A stretch of DNA of 64,000 nt from Candidatus Nanopelagicales bacterium (GTDB taxonomy: Bacteria > Actinomycetota > Actinomycetes > S36-B12). Below the pieces are notes generated by a model. It was not told where the DNA came from. It worked only from the letters and a program-made list of their open reading frames with translations, and searched no databases. Every line of letters starts with the position of its first letter. The stretch's first letter is position 1. A program made the translations under genes and the position numbers. Where the stretch lies: contig JBBATH010000001.1 in the NCBI GenBank assembly GCA_040398845.1, forward strand, positions 367,578-431,577. The letters run 5' to 3'. Positions 1-10,897 of the stretch are shown in pieces.

Positions 1-375
1 GGTCGAGTCATTGCCGTGATTGGGGCGGGTGGCGACCGCGACCGGGCAAAACGGCCGATCATGGGTGAGCGCGCTGCACGCTACGCAGACGTGGTCATCG
101 TCACCGACGACAATCCACGCTCCGAGGATCCGGCAGCGATTCGCGCCGCGGTCATGCAAGGAGCCTTGGATGCCGGCTCCCAGGCAGCGCTGGAGGAGGT
201 CGCTGACCGGAGGCTGGCGATTAGACGTGCCGTCACACTCGCCCAACCCGGCGACATCGTGCTCGTGCTCGGCAAGGGACATGAGCAAGGACAAGAGATC
301 GCTGGGACGATGCTGCCGTTCGACGACCGCGACGAGGTTCGACAGGCTCTGGGGACGTCGGATGGTGATGAATGA
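1..375 (+). CDS. murE: MurE (UDP-MurNAc-tripeptide synthetase), C-terminal fragment; 5' end lies outside the window
   Basis: The frame is open from base 1. Mur-ligase C-terminal motifs [12 protein letters not shown] and DDNPRSEDP are present. The stop overlaps the murF start by 4 nt, in dcw context. Confidence 0.85.
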   Translation, partial: GRVIAVIGAGGDRDRAKRPIMGERAARYADVVIVTDDNPRSEDPAAIRAAVMQGALDAGSQAALEEVADRRLAIRRAVTLAQPGDIVLVLGKGHEQGQEIAGTMLPFDDRDEVRQALGTSDGDE

Positions 376-1754
376 TTCCCATGACGGTAGGGGAGATCGC
401 TGACGCCGTTGGGGGTGCCTGTCATGAGGTTGATGCCGCGACTCGGGTGACCGATGTCGTCGTCGACTCGCGGGAAGCCGTGCCGGGCACGATGTTCGTC
501 GCGATTGCTGGTGAGCGGGCCGATGGACATGCCTTCGCTGAGGAGGCGTGCGAGCGCGGAGCCTGCGTGACGCTTTCGGGTCGGCTCATTGACGGCCCAT
601 GCATCGTCGTCGACGATCCGGTCCTCGCACTTGGTCGGCTGGCCCGCTGGGTTCGCACGCACCGGTTAACGTGCACGGTTGTGGCCATTACCGGCTCGAG
701 CGGCAAGACGAGCACGAAGGATCTCGTCGCCCAGGTGCTCCACCGCAGGGGCCGGACCGTTGCCGCAGCGGGCTCCTTTAATACCGAGGTCGGAGTGCCG
801 CTCACGATCTTGCGAGCCGACGAGACGACCGAGTTCCTCGTGCTCGAGATGGGGATGAGGGGGGAGGGTCATGTCCGATACCTCTGCGAGATCGCCGCTC
901 CATCCGTGGGCGTCCTCATCAATATAGGCTCGGCTCATCTGGGCATGCTCGGGTCGGTCGAGGCAATCGCACAGGCCAAGGGAGAAATCCTTGAGGGGCT
1001 GCCAAGGGATGGGATTGCGATCGTCAATGGGGACGACGCAGCCGTGATGGATCAGGCGCGCCGCACCTCGGCCACCGTCAGCACGTTTGGAACTGGCACC
1101 TCCTGCGACATTCGCGCAACAGACCTTCGACTCGATGATCGCGCCTGCCCAGCATTCACCCTCCACTACGGTGACAGGGCTGTTCCGGTCGCATTGCTGC
1201 TCCATGGTGAGCACTCGGTGCACAATGCGCTCGCCGCGGCTGCGGTGGGCGTCACCCAACAGGTGCCGATCGAGGAGATTGCCTTCGCACTTGGCGCATC
1301 GACGCCCCAGAGCAGGTGGCGCATGGAGGTGCGTGAGTCTGATGAGGGCTGGATCATCGTGAATGACGCCTACAACGCGAACCCCGACTCAATGCGCGCG
1401 GCACTGGAGGTTCTCGCCTCGATGTCGGCGAATCGACGTAGCTGGGCGGTTCTCGGCGAGATGAAGGAGCTAGGCGAGACCGCAGAGGCGGAGCACGAGG
1501 CAATCGGCCGGTTGGTCGGCGATCTGGGGATCACGAGGTTGGTGGGTATCGGCGAGGGCGCACGTCCCATCGAGCGGGCATGTCGAGCCGAGGACTCGGC
1601 GCACACGGACGCGATGTGGGTCGCGACCCCCGATGAGGCGATCACCCTGCTTCGCAGCGAGCTCACTCCAGGTGATGTGGTGCTCGTCAAGGCTTCGCGG
1701 AGTATCGGACTTGAACGACTGGCAGCGGCCCTCATTTCGAAGGGCCAGTTGTGA
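372..1754 (+). CDS. murF: UDP-MurNAc-tripeptide--D-Ala-D-Ala ligase MurF
   Basis: P-loop [12 protein letters not shown] and motif [10 protein letters not shown]. Lies between murE and mraY with 4-nt overlaps on both sides. Confidence 0.9.
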   Translation: MIPMTVGEIADAVGGACHEVDAATRVTDVVVDSREAVPGTMFVAIAGERADGHAFAEEACERGACVTLSGRLIDGPCIVVDDPVLALGRLARWVRTHRLTCTVVAITGSSGKTSTKDLVAQVLHRRGRTVAAAGSFNTEVGVPLTILRADETTEFLVLEMGMRGEGHVRYLCEIAAPSVGVLINIGSAHLGMLGSVEAIAQAKGEILEGLPRDGIAIVNGDDAAVMDQARRTSATVSTFGTGTSCDIRATDLRLDDRACPAFTLHYGDRAVPVALLLHGEHSVHNALAAAAVGVTQQVPIEEIAFALGASTPQSRWRMEVRESDEGWIIVNDAYNANPDSMRAALEVLASMSANRRSWAVLGEMKELGETAEAEHEAIGRLVGDLGITRLVGIGEGARPIERACRAEDSAHTDAMWVATPDEAITLLRSELTPGDVVLVKASRSIGLERLAAALISKGQL

Positions 1755-2821
1755 GACTCATCGTCATGGCTGCCGCCATCGCAACCATCGTGTCCCTTGT
1801 CGGGACGCCGCTGCTCATCAAACTGCTTGCTCGCCGTGGTTATGCACAGGCGATTCGAGTATCGGTGGAGGGCGAGCTCTACCCGGCTCACGAGGGCAAG
1901 CGGGGGACGCCCTCAATGGGCGGCGCGGCAATCATCGCGGCCGTCATCACCGGCTACGCCTTCACCCATCTCCTCGCCTGGCGACCGATGACCCCCTCGG
2001 GTCTCCTCGTCATTTTCCTCATGGTGGGCCTCGGGCTCGTCGGCTTCGCCGATGACTACCTGAAGATCTTCAAGCAGCGGAGCACCGGACTCCGGGCTCG
2101 CACGAAGCTCATCGGTCAGGCCGTGGTGGCATTGAGCTTCGCTTGGCTATCGCTCCACTTCACCGATGGGGGTCCCACACCCGCCTCGATGGCGGTCTCG
2201 TTCGTCCGCGACACCTCGCTCGTTCTCCCCGTTGCACTCTTCCTCCTGTGGGTGTGGTTCCTCGTGACCGCGACCACGAATGGCGTGAACCTCACCGACG
2301 GACTCGACGGACTTGCGATCGGTGCCTCGATCATGACCTTCCTGTCATATGTGCTCATCTGCATTTGGCAATATGGACAGAACTGCTCATTCCTCGACGT
2401 CGATCCAGCGACCTGCTACGCCACGGTGAATCCACTGGACCTCGCGGTAGTGGCGGCGGCAACTGCCGGGGCGAGCTTTGGGTTCCTGTGGTGGAACACC
2501 GCGCCGGCGAGGATCTTCATGGGTGACACTGGGTCACTTGCCCTCGGCGGCGGCATTGCTGGCCTCGCCATCCTGAGCCGAACCGAGCTTCTCCTCCCAA
2601 TGCTCGCCGGCCTGTTCCTCATCACTTCCCTGTCGGTGATTGGCCAGGTCGGTTCATTTAAGCTCACCGGCCGCCGAATCCTGCGAATGGCGCCGCTGCA
2701 TCACCATTTCGAGATGCTCGGCTGGGCTGAGGTACAGATTGTCGTGCGATTTTGGATCATCCAGGGCCTGTGCATCGGGGCGGGGCTCACGGTGTTCTAC
2801 GCGGAGTGGGTCCGCGCGTGA
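1751..2821 (+). CDS. mraY: Phospho-N-acetylmuramoyl-pentapeptide transferase MraY
   Basis: Polytopic membrane profile with motifs NGVNLTDGLDGLA, MGDTGSLALGG and APLHHHFE. Confidence 0.95.
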   Translation: MRLIVMAAAIATIVSLVGTPLLIKLLARRGYAQAIRVSVEGELYPAHEGKRGTPSMGGAAIIAAVITGYAFTHLLAWRPMTPSGLLVIFLMVGLGLVGFADDYLKIFKQRSTGLRARTKLIGQAVVALSFAWLSLHFTDGGPTPASMAVSFVRDTSLVLPVALFLLWVWFLVTATTNGVNLTDGLDGLAIGASIMTFLSYVLICIWQYGQNCSFLDVDPATCYATVNPLDLAVVAAATAGASFGFLWWNTAPARIFMGDTGSLALGGGIAGLAILSRTELLLPMLAGLFLITSLSVIGQVGSFKLTGRRILRMAPLHHHFEMLGWAEVQIVVRFWIIQGLCIGAGLTVFYAEWVRA

Positions 2822-4263
2822 TCGAGTCGCTCCATCGAACCTCGGACTGGAGCTCCGTGAAGGCAGTGGTCGCGGGGATCGGGGTTGCCGGGTTTGCCTG
2901 CGCCGACGCACTCGCGCAACTCGGCGCTCGAGTGGTCCTCATCGACTCAGGGGACTCGCCCGCGTTGCGTGAGCGCGCAGAAATCCTTGACGTGATCGGC
3001 GTCGATGTCCGCCTCGGTTTCACCGGCGGGCTCCCCGAGTGTGACGTCCTCATCGTGTCGCCGGGCCTGCCGCCGACGAGCCCGATCATTGGACAGGCAC
3101 GGGACCAAGGGGTGCCCGTCTGGGGTGAGCTCGAGCTTGCCTGGCGGCTGCGTCCGGCTGTCTCACCCGCGCCATGGCTCGTCGTGACCGGAACGAACGG
3201 CAAAACCACAACCACCCTCATGCTGGAATCCATGCTTCGCGCGGCTGGGCTGCGCACGTGCTCGGCAGGGAACATCGGAATGTCCCTCGTCGGTGTCGTC
3301 ATGCATGACGAGGTTGACGTGATTGCCGTCGAGGTGGGCGCGCCGCAGTTGCCGTTCGTCACCTCGATGAGCCCACTTGCGTCGGTGTGCCTGAACATTG
3401 CGGATGATCACATTGACCACTTCGGGAGCCTTGACGCCTACGTCGCGGCAAAGGCCCGAATCTATGAACAGACGCAGGTCGCAGCCATCTACAACGTCGA
3501 GGACGAGCGCACTCGAGCAATGGTCGAGGGTGCTGATGTCATCGAAGGATGCCGCGCAATCGGCTTTACGCTCGGTGCGCCGGGCCTATCGATGCTCGGG
3601 ATCGTGGAGAACCTGCTCGTCGATCGGGCCTTCGTTTCCGACCGGGCCGCCTCGGCACAGGAGCTCGCAAGTTTCGAGGATGTCAACCCGCCAGCGCCCC
3701 ACAATGTTGCGAACGCACTTGCAGCGGCAGCGTTGGCACGTGCATACGGCGTGAGCGCGGTTGCGATCCGCGACGGGCTTCGGGCGTTCGTTCCTGCGGC
3801 TCATCGGATCGCCCACGTCGCGACCATTGACGGAGTGTCATTCGTCGATGATTCGAAGGCGACAAACGCTCACGCTGCACTCACCTCGATGAAGGCGTTC
3901 CCGAACGTCGTGTGGATCGCAGGGGGAATGGCGAAGGGGCAGGACTTCGACGAGTTGGTCCAGACGGTGGGGGATCGGCTCCGTGGAGTCGTGCTCCTCG
4001 GGGTCGATAGGGAGTTGATTGCTCAAGCGCTCGGGCGGCACGCACCGGCTGTGCCGACAACAGTCATCAGTTCAGTTGACCCAACCGCGATGGTGGAGGT
4101 CGTGGCTGCTGCGATGACCCTGGCGCTCCCTGGCGACACGGTGCTTCTCGCGCCCGGCTGCGCTTCCTGGGACATGTTCCGCGACTACGGTCATCGTGGG
4201 GATGAGTTCGCGGCGGCCGTTGAAATGCTCGGTGCTGTTCCGCGAGCGGGTGAGACATCATGA
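2818..4263 (+). CDS. murD: UDP-MurNAc-L-Ala--D-Glu ligase MurD
   Basis: Motifs GTNGKTTTT and DDSKATNAHA. The start is taken as GTG 2818, which overlaps the mraY stop (GTGA). The ORF-track ATG at 2752 would overlap mraY by 70 nt. Confidence 0.9.
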   Translation: MIESLHRTSDWSSVKAVVAGIGVAGFACADALAQLGARVVLIDSGDSPALRERAEILDVIGVDVRLGFTGGLPECDVLIVSPGLPPTSPIIGQARDQGVPVWGELELAWRLRPAVSPAPWLVVTGTNGKTTTTLMLESMLRAAGLRTCSAGNIGMSLVGVVMHDEVDVIAVEVGAPQLPFVTSMSPLASVCLNIADDHIDHFGSLDAYVAAKARIYEQTQVAAIYNVEDERTRAMVEGADVIEGCRAIGFTLGAPGLSMLGIVENLLVDRAFVSDRAASAQELASFEDVNPPAPHNVANALAAAALARAYGVSAVAIRDGLRAFVPAAHRIAHVATIDGVSFVDDSKATNAHAALTSMKAFPNVVWIAGGMAKGQDFDELVQTVGDRLRGVVLLGVDRELIAQALGRHAPAVPTTVISSVDPTAMVEVVAAAMTLALPGDTVLLAPGCASWDMFRDYGHRGDEFAAAVEMLGAVPRAGETS

Positions 4264-5468
4264 CGATGACCGATGGCAGTCGGAAGGCTGATGGTCCGCC
4301 CTCGAGCGGGATCAGGCTCGCGTTCGACAATCCCCTGAGCACTTATTACGTCATTGCCGTCTCAACCCTCCTTCTCCTGGTGATCGGCGTGGTGATGGTC
4401 ACGTCCGCATCGAGTATCGAGAGCTTCAAGGTGTTCGGCTCCGCCTACACACTCGCCCAACGCCAGGCGATGTTCGCCGTCATCGGCATTTTTATCATGT
4501 TCTTGGCCGCCCGGACCGCAATTCAGTTCTGGCGGGGCCTCGCCTGGACCCTTCTCCTCGGTTCCCTTGCGCTCCTGGTGGCGGTTCTCATCATCGGCGT
4601 TGAGGTGAGGGGGCAGCAGAACTGGATCGAGTTGTTCGGGCCTTTCCGACTTCAGCCTTCGGAGTTCGCCAAGCTTGGAATCATCGTCTGGGGCGCAGAT
4701 CTCCTCACCCGCAAGGATCTCCGTATCCACACGTGGTCTCACCTGCTCGTGCCGCTGCTTCCGGTGTCCTTCCTCATGATTGTGCTCGTGCTCCTCGAGG
4801 GTGACTTCGGAAATGCCTTTATGATCGCCGCAATCACCGCAGGCATCCTGTTCGCAGCCGGCGCCCCGCTTCGACTGTTCGCGGTGCTCGGTGCAGTGGG
4901 ACTGGTGGGCATCTACCTGCTCAGCCTCGCAGCGCCCTACCGTATGACCCGTGTCATGTCGTGGATGGACCCGGCCGCAGACCGGCTCGGGGCTGGCTGG
5001 CAGTTGATGCAGGGGCAGTATGCACTCGGGACCGGCGGCCTTTGGGGTGTGGGGCTCGGTGCCAGCCGCGAGAAGTGGGGGGCGCTCCCTGAGGCGCACA
5101 CCGACTTCATCTTTCCGGTCATCGGGGAGGAGCTCGGCCTGATCGGAACGTTCATCGTCCTCATCCTCTTTGGTGTTTTGGCGTTTGGGATCTTCCGGCT
5201 CACGCGCAAGACCAAGGATCCGTTTGTTCGGCTTGCCTCGGCAGGAGTCGGATGCTGGATCCTGGTCCAGGCGGTCCTCAACATCGGTTCGGTTCTCGGC
5301 CTTCTCCCGATCTCGGGTGTGCCACTGCCACTGGTGTCCTACGGAGGTTCTTCCCTGCTCCCAACCCTCGCCGCGATCGGCATGCTTTTGGCCTTCGCCC
5401 GTCAAGAGCCGGGTGCCCGAATGGCACTGCGGCGTAAATCGACCACTCAGACGAATCGCAGGCGCTGA
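4260..5468 (+). CDS. ftsW: SEDS-family peptidoglycan polymerase / cell division protein FtsW
   Basis: Multi-TM protein with motifs [23 protein letters not shown] and [11 protein letters not shown]. Lies between murD and murG. Confidence 0.9.
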   Translation: MTMTDGSRKADGPPSSGIRLAFDNPLSTYYVIAVSTLLLLVIGVVMVTSASSIESFKVFGSAYTLAQRQAMFAVIGIFIMFLAARTAIQFWRGLAWTLLLGSLALLVAVLIIGVEVRGQQNWIELFGPFRLQPSEFAKLGIIVWGADLLTRKDLRIHTWSHLLVPLLPVSFLMIVLVLLEGDFGNAFMIAAITAGILFAAGAPLRLFAVLGAVGLVGIYLLSLAAPYRMTRVMSWMDPAADRLGAGWQLMQGQYALGTGGLWGVGLGASREKWGALPEAHTDFIFPVIGEELGLIGTFIVLILFGVLAFGIFRLTRKTKDPFVRLASAGVGCWILVQAVLNIGSVLGLLPISGVPLPLVSYGGSSLLPTLAAIGMLLAFARQEPGARMALRRKSTTQTNRRR

Positions 5469-6571
5469 TGAGCGGCGCAGCGCCAGACGCACTGCGCGTT
5501 GTTCTCGCCGCTGGAGGGACGGCCGGACACATCGAGCCCGCTCTCAATCTGGCCGATGCTCTGCTCCGTATCGACCCGGCCACGTCGATCATCGTCTTCG
5601 GAGGCGAGAGGGGCCTAGAGACCTCACTCGTGCCGGCACGCGGCTACGCCCTTGCGACCGTGCGGTCGGCCCCGATGCCGCGGCGGCTATCCCTTGACCT
5701 CGTTCGCGTGATCCCCCATGCCTGGCGCGCGACCCAGGAGTCCGCCAGGTTGCTCGATGGGTTCCGGGCCGACATCGTCATTGGCTTTGGCGGTTATGCA
5801 GCCCTCCCGACCTACCTCGCTGCCCGTCGCCGTGGGGTGCCGCTTGTGGTGCACGAAGCGAATGCCCGGCCTGGCCTGGCCAACCGGGTCGGCGCCCGGC
5901 TTACCACGCACGTGTTCTCATCGGTACCCGGGACGATTCGGGGCGCCAGCGCAGTCGGATTGCCTCTGCGTCTGGCGATTTCGCACCTCGATAGGCCGGC
6001 CGTTCGTGCGCAGGCCCGCGAGGCCCTCGGATTGAGCGCCGATGCGCCGGTGCTCCTCGTTTTCGGCGGCTCTCAGGGGGCGGCACGCCTCAATGATGCG
6101 GTGGGCGGCGCAATTGCGGAGCTCACCGCTCACGGCATGCAGGTGCTTCATGCGTATGGGGCCCGTAATCCCCAGCCGCCAGCACATGCCGGCTATGTGA
6201 GCGTGCCCTACCTCGACCGGATGGACCTCGCATATGCGGCAGCCGATATCGCGCTGACGAGGGCGGGAGCCATGACCTGTGCGGAGCTTGCGGCGGTCGG
6301 GCTGCCCGCCGTGTACGTGCCGCTGCCGATAGGAAACGGCGAGCAACGACTCAACGCCCTTCCGGTCGTGACGGCAGGCGGCGGCATCATCATCGACGAT
6401 GCAGACCTCACTCCCGCAACGCTGCTCATGGCGGTAGGGCCGCTTCTGGGTGACCCGGTACGGCTCCATGCCATGGCTGATGCGGCAGCTTCGCACGGGG
6501 TGCGCGACGCCGACGAACACCTCGCCCGTACGGTCATGGGGATCGCATCGGAACGAAGGGCACGTGAATGA
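5468..6571 (+). CDS. murG: Lipid II synthase MurG (UDP-GlcNAc transferase)
   Basis: N-terminal [11 protein letters not shown] loop and FGGSQGA motif, in dcw context. Confidence 0.9.
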   Translation: MSGAAPDALRVVLAAGGTAGHIEPALNLADALLRIDPATSIIVFGGERGLETSLVPARGYALATVRSAPMPRRLSLDLVRVIPHAWRATQESARLLDGFRADIVIGFGGYAALPTYLAARRRGVPLVVHEANARPGLANRVGARLTTHVFSSVPGTIRGASAVGLPLRLAISHLDRPAVRAQAREALGLSADAPVLLVFGGSQGAARLNDAVGGAIAELTAHGMQVLHAYGARNPQPPAHAGYVSVPYLDRMDLAYAAADIALTRAGAMTCAELAAVGLPAVYVPLPIGNGEQRLNALPVVTAGGGIIIDDADLTPATLLMAVGPLLGDPVRLHAMADAAASHGVRDADEHLARTVMGIASERRARE

Positions 6572-7995
6572 GTGAGGCACTTGGGCGGCTGGGCCGCGTT
6601 CACATCATTGGCATCGGGGGCGCCGGCATGTCTGGCATCGCACGGATCCTTGTCGCCCGCGGCGTTGAGGTCTCGGGCAGCGATGCGAAGGACTCGCGGC
6701 GCCTTGACGGTCTTCGAACAATTGGTGTTGACGTCCATGTCGGCCACAGTCGTGAACAGGTGGAGGGTGCGCAGACGATCGTCGTTTCTACGGCAATTCC
6801 GGCATCCAATGTTGAGCGCCGCGCGGGAGTCGAACTCGGGCTTTTGGAACTGAGTCGCGCCGATGCGCTGGCCATGATCATGGACGGTTACCTGACGGTT
6901 GCCGTCGCGGGAACGCACGGCAAGACGACGACGACGTCGATGGTCACGATCGCGCTGCAGCACTGCGGCGTCGACCCGTCCTTCGCCATCGGGAGCGAAC
7001 TCAATGAATCCGGGTCGAACGCGCACCTCGGAAGTGGCGACATCTTTGTGGTCGAGGCGGATGAGAGCGATGGGGCGTTTCTGCACTATGCGCCATTCGC
7101 CGGGATTGTCACGAATGTCGAGGCCGACCACCTCAATCACTGGGGTACCTATGAAGCGATTGAAGCAGCGTTCTTGGAGTTCGCCATCGGCATCCGCGAC
7201 AGGGCAGGCTTCCTCGTCGTTTGCGCCGACGACGCTGGCGCGGCCCGGGTCGCTGATCGGGCAGGTGCGGCAGGAGTCGATGTCCGCACCTACGGAAGCG
7301 CGTCGGATGCTGACTTCACCATGACTGACCTCGTGTGGACAGGACGGGGCTGGACCTTTGGAGTGGTGGATCCCTTCGGTGTAACCCTTGGAAGGATCGC
7401 CCTTCAGGTACCCGGACGCCACAACGCGCTCAATGCCCTCGCTGCATTCGTCACTGGCGTGGGGCTCGGTCTACCGGCGACAGCAATGATCGAGGGACTC
7501 TCGGGCTTTAGCGGCACTCGTCGAAGGTTCGACTTCAAGGGTGAAGTCGGTGGAGTTCGGGTGTTCGACGATTATGCCCATCACCCGACCGAGATAGAGG
7601 CGACGTTGCGTGCGGCACGCGACGTCGCAGGTGAAGGTCGCGTTGTCGTGGCCTTTCAGGCCCACCATTATTACCGCACGGCGATGTTCATCACCGAATT
7701 CGGCGCAGCCCTCGGCCTTGCCGACGAGGTGGTGGTGCTTGAGGTCTTCGCCCCGGGTGAGACCGCCATTCCGGGCGCGAGTGGACAGACAATGGCGGCG
7801 AACGTGCCGTTGGACGCCGCGCACGTGGTGTTCGAGCCCTCGTGGTCGGCTGTTGCGGGGCACCTCGTCGAGCGGGCGAGCAGTGGCGACATCATCATGA
7901 CCCTTGGTGCCGGGGACATTGGCATGATCGGGCTCGAAGTCCTTGACCGCCTGCGCCTGCGCGAGGGTGCGCGACAGCCGATGCGACCGGACTAA
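6568..7995 (+). CDS. murC: UDP-MurNAc--L-Ala ligase MurC
   Basis: Motifs [23 protein letters not shown] and [10 protein letters not shown]. Confidence 0.9.
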   Translation: MSEALGRLGRVHIIGIGGAGMSGIARILVARGVEVSGSDAKDSRRLDGLRTIGVDVHVGHSREQVEGAQTIVVSTAIPASNVERRAGVELGLLELSRADALAMIMDGYLTVAVAGTHGKTTTTSMVTIALQHCGVDPSFAIGSELNESGSNAHLGSGDIFVVEADESDGAFLHYAPFAGIVTNVEADHLNHWGTYEAIEAAFLEFAIGIRDRAGFLVVCADDAGAARVADRAGAAGVDVRTYGSASDADFTMTDLVWTGRGWTFGVVDPFGVTLGRIALQVPGRHNALNALAAFVTGVGLGLPATAMIEGLSGFSGTRRRFDFKGEVGGVRVFDDYAHHPTEIEATLRAARDVAGEGRVVVAFQAHHYYRTAMFITEFGAALGLADEVVVLEVFAPGETAIPGASGQTMAANVPLDAAHVVFEPSWSAVAGHLVERASSGDIIMTLGAGDIGMIGLEVLDRLRLREGARQPMRPD

Positions 7996-8732
7996 TGGCG
8001 AGTGGCGATCGACCTCGCCGTACCAAGGAGGACCGAAATCCACCCCGCGACCCTGACCGCAGTCGTCGCTGGCGGGTGTTTCGATTCGTGTTCATCATCG
8101 CAGTCATCGTCGCGGGCGCACTCGTCTGGGTCGTGTGGTTCTCATCGGTTCTCGTCATCCGCAAGGTCGAGGTCACCGGAGTGTCGGGAATCCTCGTCAA
8201 TCGGGTGGTTGACGCAGCCGACGTGCCAATTGGGTTGCAGATGGCGCGACTTGATACAACCCAGGTGCGGGCGGGCATTGAGACACTGCCGTGGGTTCGG
8301 GCATCGGCGGTTGTCAGGTCCTGGCCCAGAGGTGTGGTTCTCGTCGTTGAGCCGCGGGAGGCGGCCGCCCTCCTCGAGGGCTCCCAGGCTGCATTGGATG
8401 CGAGCGGCGCGGTGTTCGTCCCTCCTGAGCCCCTTGAGCCGGGGCTCCCGATCGTGCGGGGCGACGGGGTGGGCCTCATGACCGCTATGCGGGTCCTCGG
8501 GACAATTCCGCCGGAACTCCTCTCGCGGGTGGCGCTCGTCTCGGCGACAACGCGCGATGACGTCGAACTCATTCTCGACTCCGGCATCGTGATCAGGTGG
8601 GGGAGCGAGGAGCGGCCGCTCCTCAAGGCGCGTGTCCTGAAAGCGCTCATGAAGACGAGGGCCCGGGTCTACGATGTCGCGTCCCCAGAGCTGCCGACGA
8701 CCATCGGTCAGCCGTTGGCACCGACGGGTTAG
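7995..8732 (+). CDS. ftsQ: Cell division protein FtsQ
   Basis: Basic N-terminus, a single TM segment (FVFIIAVIVAGALVWVVWF) and a POTRA-like region. Conserved slot between murC and ftsZ. Confidence 0.8.
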   Translation: MASGDRPRRTKEDRNPPRDPDRSRRWRVFRFVFIIAVIVAGALVWVVWFSSVLVIRKVEVTGVSGILVNRVVDAADVPIGLQMARLDTTQVRAGIETLPWVRASAVVRSWPRGVVLVVEPREAAALLEGSQAALDASGAVFVPPEPLEPGLPIVRGDGVGLMTAMRVLGTIPPELLSRVALVSATTRDDVELILDSGIVIRWGSEERPLLKARVLKALMKTRARVYDVASPELPTTIGQPLAPTG

Positions 8733-8786
8733 TGGATGCTCGTTTGCGTCATGAGCGCGCAACCTCTAACCTCCGGCGGCTTGATG

Positions 8787-8833
8787 GACGGGTAATTCCT
8801 CACCCTGAACTAGAGGTTGAGGGTGAGCCGTCC
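8787..8833 (+). promoter_or_regulatory. Extended imperfect hairpin in the ftsQ-ftsZ intergenic region (possible ftsZ 5' UTR structure)
   Basis: GGACGG (8787-8792) pairs with CCGTCC (8828-8833). These flank arms cctcaccctgaac / gttgagggtgag around loop tagag. Seen by eye only. Confidence 0.25.
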
Positions 8834-8903
8834 AGTGCGAAGACGAGGCTGAAGGCCGCTGATCTGGCGGCGTCGGCCAACAACGATGAAAGGACGAGCA
8901 GCA

Positions 8904-10073
8904 GTGGCGGGTCCGCAGAATTATCTTGCAGTAATCAAGGTCGTCGGCATCGGCGGCGGCGGCGTGAATGCCGTGAACCGAATGATCGAGGTCGGGCTCA
9001 AGGGGGTCGAGTTCATCGCGGTGAACACGGACGCCCAAGCACTCCTCATGAGCGACGCCGACGTCAAGCTCGACATCGGCCGCGAGATCACCCGCGGCCT
9101 AGGCGCTGGAGCGAATCCCGAGGTCGGCAAGAGGGCGGCTGAGGACCATGCTGATGAAATTGAAGAGGTATTGAAGGGCGCCGACATGGTGTTCGTGACC
9201 GCAGGGGAAGGCGGAGGCACGGGCACGGGTGGAGCGCCGGTTGTTGCTCGGATCGCTCGATCCCTCGGCGCACTTACCCTTGGCGTCGTCACCCGCCCGT
9301 TCGGGTTCGAGGGCCGAAGACGTCAGGCGCAAGCCGAGTCAGGCATCGAGAACCTTCGAGCTGAGGTCGATACGCTCATTGTCATCCCGAATGACCGCCT
9401 GCTCTCGCTGTCGGACCGCAATATCAGCGTCATCGATGCCTTCCGGCAGGCAGATCATGTGCTTCTCCAAGGCGTCTCCGGCATCACCGACCTCATCACC
9501 ACTCCGGGGCTCATCAACCTCGACTTCGCCGACGTCCGGAGTGTTATGCACGGTGCCGGGACAGCCCTCATGGGCATTGGAACAGCTCGCGGCGAGGATC
9601 GTGCGATAGAGGCGGCTGAGAAGGCGATCTCCAGCCCACTCCTCGAGGCGGGCATCGACGGGGCTCACGGCGTACTCCTTTCCATCTCCGGCGGAAGTGA
9701 CCTCGGACTTTTCGAGATCAATGCGGCCGCGCAGCGCGTGAGCGATGCAGCGCACCCTGACGCGAACATCATCTTCGGTGCCGTCATCGACGACACCTTG
9801 GGCGATGAAGTGCGCGTCACCGTCATCGCCGCGGGCTTCGACGGTGGCGAACTGCCAGCACGGCGTGGATCAACTTCGGGCATGCGTGCAGCCGAGGAGC
9901 CAGCCCCGGTGCAGCAGATCCGGCAGCCGTCCAGGCCGGTTGCAGACGCTCCGGTCAGTCAGCCGGTCAGTCAGCCGGCGTCCCAGCCTTCGCAGCCGCC
10001 GATCCAGATGCCACGCAGAATCGTTTTTGAGGACGCTGACGATGAACTCGATGTCCCGGACTTCCTGAAGTAG
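8904..10073 (+). CDS. ftsZ: Cell division GTPase FtsZ
   Basis: Motifs [13 protein letters not shown] and [11 protein letters not shown], with C-terminal peptide DVPDFLK. GTG 8904 gives [13 protein letters not shown] and has AGGA 9 nt upstream. The alternative ATG 8886 has no SD. Confidence 0.93.
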   Translation: MAGPQNYLAVIKVVGIGGGGVNAVNRMIEVGLKGVEFIAVNTDAQALLMSDADVKLDIGREITRGLGAGANPEVGKRAAEDHADEIEEVLKGADMVFVTAGEGGGTGTGGAPVVARIARSLGALTLGVVTRPFGFEGRRRQAQAESGIENLRAEVDTLIVIPNDRLLSLSDRNISVIDAFRQADHVLLQGVSGITDLITTPGLINLDFADVRSVMHGAGTALMGIGTARGEDRAIEAAEKAISSPLLEAGIDGAHGVLLSISGGSDLGLFEINAAAQRVSDAAHPDANIIFGAVIDDTLGDEVRVTVIAAGFDGGELPARRGSTSGMRAAEEPAPVQQIRQPSRPVADAPVSQPVSQPASQPSQPPIQMPRRIVFEDADDELDVPDFLK

Positions 10074-10084
10074 GGGACGACGAG

Positions 10085-10831
10085 GTGATCGCATTCGCGT
10101 CCGGCGCCCTCGGCTCGAGTGCGCCCGGCGCTGGTACCTGCCGGTGGGCGGCTACCGGGCGGGCTGGAGGGGTGAGCACCGGTAACTTCCAGTCTCTGAA
10201 TCTCGCAGAGTACGTGGGTGACGATCCTGGTTCGGTTGCCGAGAACCGGCGGCGGGCCGTAGGACTTGTTGGTGTCGGTGAGGAAGGCCTCGCTGTCATG
10301 GGGGCGGTTCACGGCGCCAGCGTAGGTGTCGTGTCGTGCGGCGGGGTCGTAGCGGGGGTGGATGCTCTCGTGAGCACCTCGAAGGGGATTGCCCTGCTCG
10401 CGCTGGCGGCTGACTGCGTGCCGCTCGTCCTCGCTGATGCTCAAGCCGGGGTTATCGCTGCAGTGCACTGTGGGTGGCGTGGCGTCGGCGCCGGAGTCGT
10501 GTATGCGGCGGTGGCGACCATGCGCGATCTTGGTGCGGTGAGCATCGAGGCAGTCCTCGGCCCGGCGATTTGCGCTGGCTGCTACCCGGTGCCCGCCGAA
10601 CGCACGGAGTGTCTGCGAGAACTCGTGTCCACCGACGTGAGTGACGTTGCGTGCATCGATCATGCGGGAGGGTCGTTCATTGACGTTCGTGCCGGGGTGT
10701 CGATGCAGTTAGCGCTCCTCGATATCGAGGTGAACCACGTGAATGCCTGCACGAACGAGGCGACCGACCTCTTCTCCTACCGGCGTGACACCGTGACTGG
10801 CCGGCAGGGAATGATCATCGGCAGGGCATGA
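10085..10831 (+). CDS. pgeF: YfiH/PgeF laccase-domain (peptidoglycan editing factor) family protein
   Basis: Motifs ADCVPL, HCGWRG and FSYRRD. Conserved position directly after ftsZ. Confidence 0.8.
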   Translation: MIAFASGALGSSAPGAGTCRWAATGRAGGVSTGNFQSLNLAEYVGDDPGSVAENRRRAVGLVGVGEEGLAVMGAVHGASVGVVSCGGVVAGVDALVSTSKGIALLALAADCVPLVLADAQAGVIAAVHCGWRGVGAGVVYAAVATMRDLGAVSIEAVLGPAICAGCYPVPAERTECLRELVSTDVSDVACIDHAGGSFIDVRAGVSMQLALLDIEVNHVNACTNEATDLFSYRRDTVTGRQGMIIGRA

Positions 10832-10897
10832 GAAACAGGTATCGACCCGTGCGCTTGATTGGGCGCGGGTTTGGGAGGAAGAACGAGAGGTGGGGAG

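Noticed and set aside
2752-2817. Upstream ORF-track extensions of murD (2752), trpA (37011), the MauE-like gene (37808), pyk (46372), metK (60636), yggS (10859) and hisD (24147)
   Set aside because: The extensions overlap the preceding gene or encode non-conserved Arg/Gly-rich sequence. Better starts exist at stop-overlap codons, after an SD, or after a -10 element, and these restore the conserved N-termini.
4362-5492. 376-aa minus-strand ORF antisense to ftsW, rich in Asp, Glu, His and Arg
   Set aside because: This is the typical high-GC shadow ORF of a membrane-protein gene, where hydrophobic codons read as charged codons on the antisense strand. It has no recognisable motifs and no start context, and the region is fully explained by ftsW.
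6208-7422. 404-aa minus-strand ORF antisense to murG/murC. Similar long antisense ORFs occur at 12596-13525, 19621-20514, 20983-21825, 38643-39689, 45598-46530, 53154-54209 and 57156-58250.
   Set aside because: All lie opposite strongly supported conserved genes. Their composition is low-complexity and Arg/Pro/Ser-rich, as expected for GC3-biased antisense frames. No domains were recognised.
9940-10000. Tandem ccggtcagtcag repeats encoding [16 protein letters not shown] in ftsZ
   Set aside because: This lies in the intrinsically disordered C-terminal linker of FtsZ, which is normally low-complexity and variable. It is not a separate feature.
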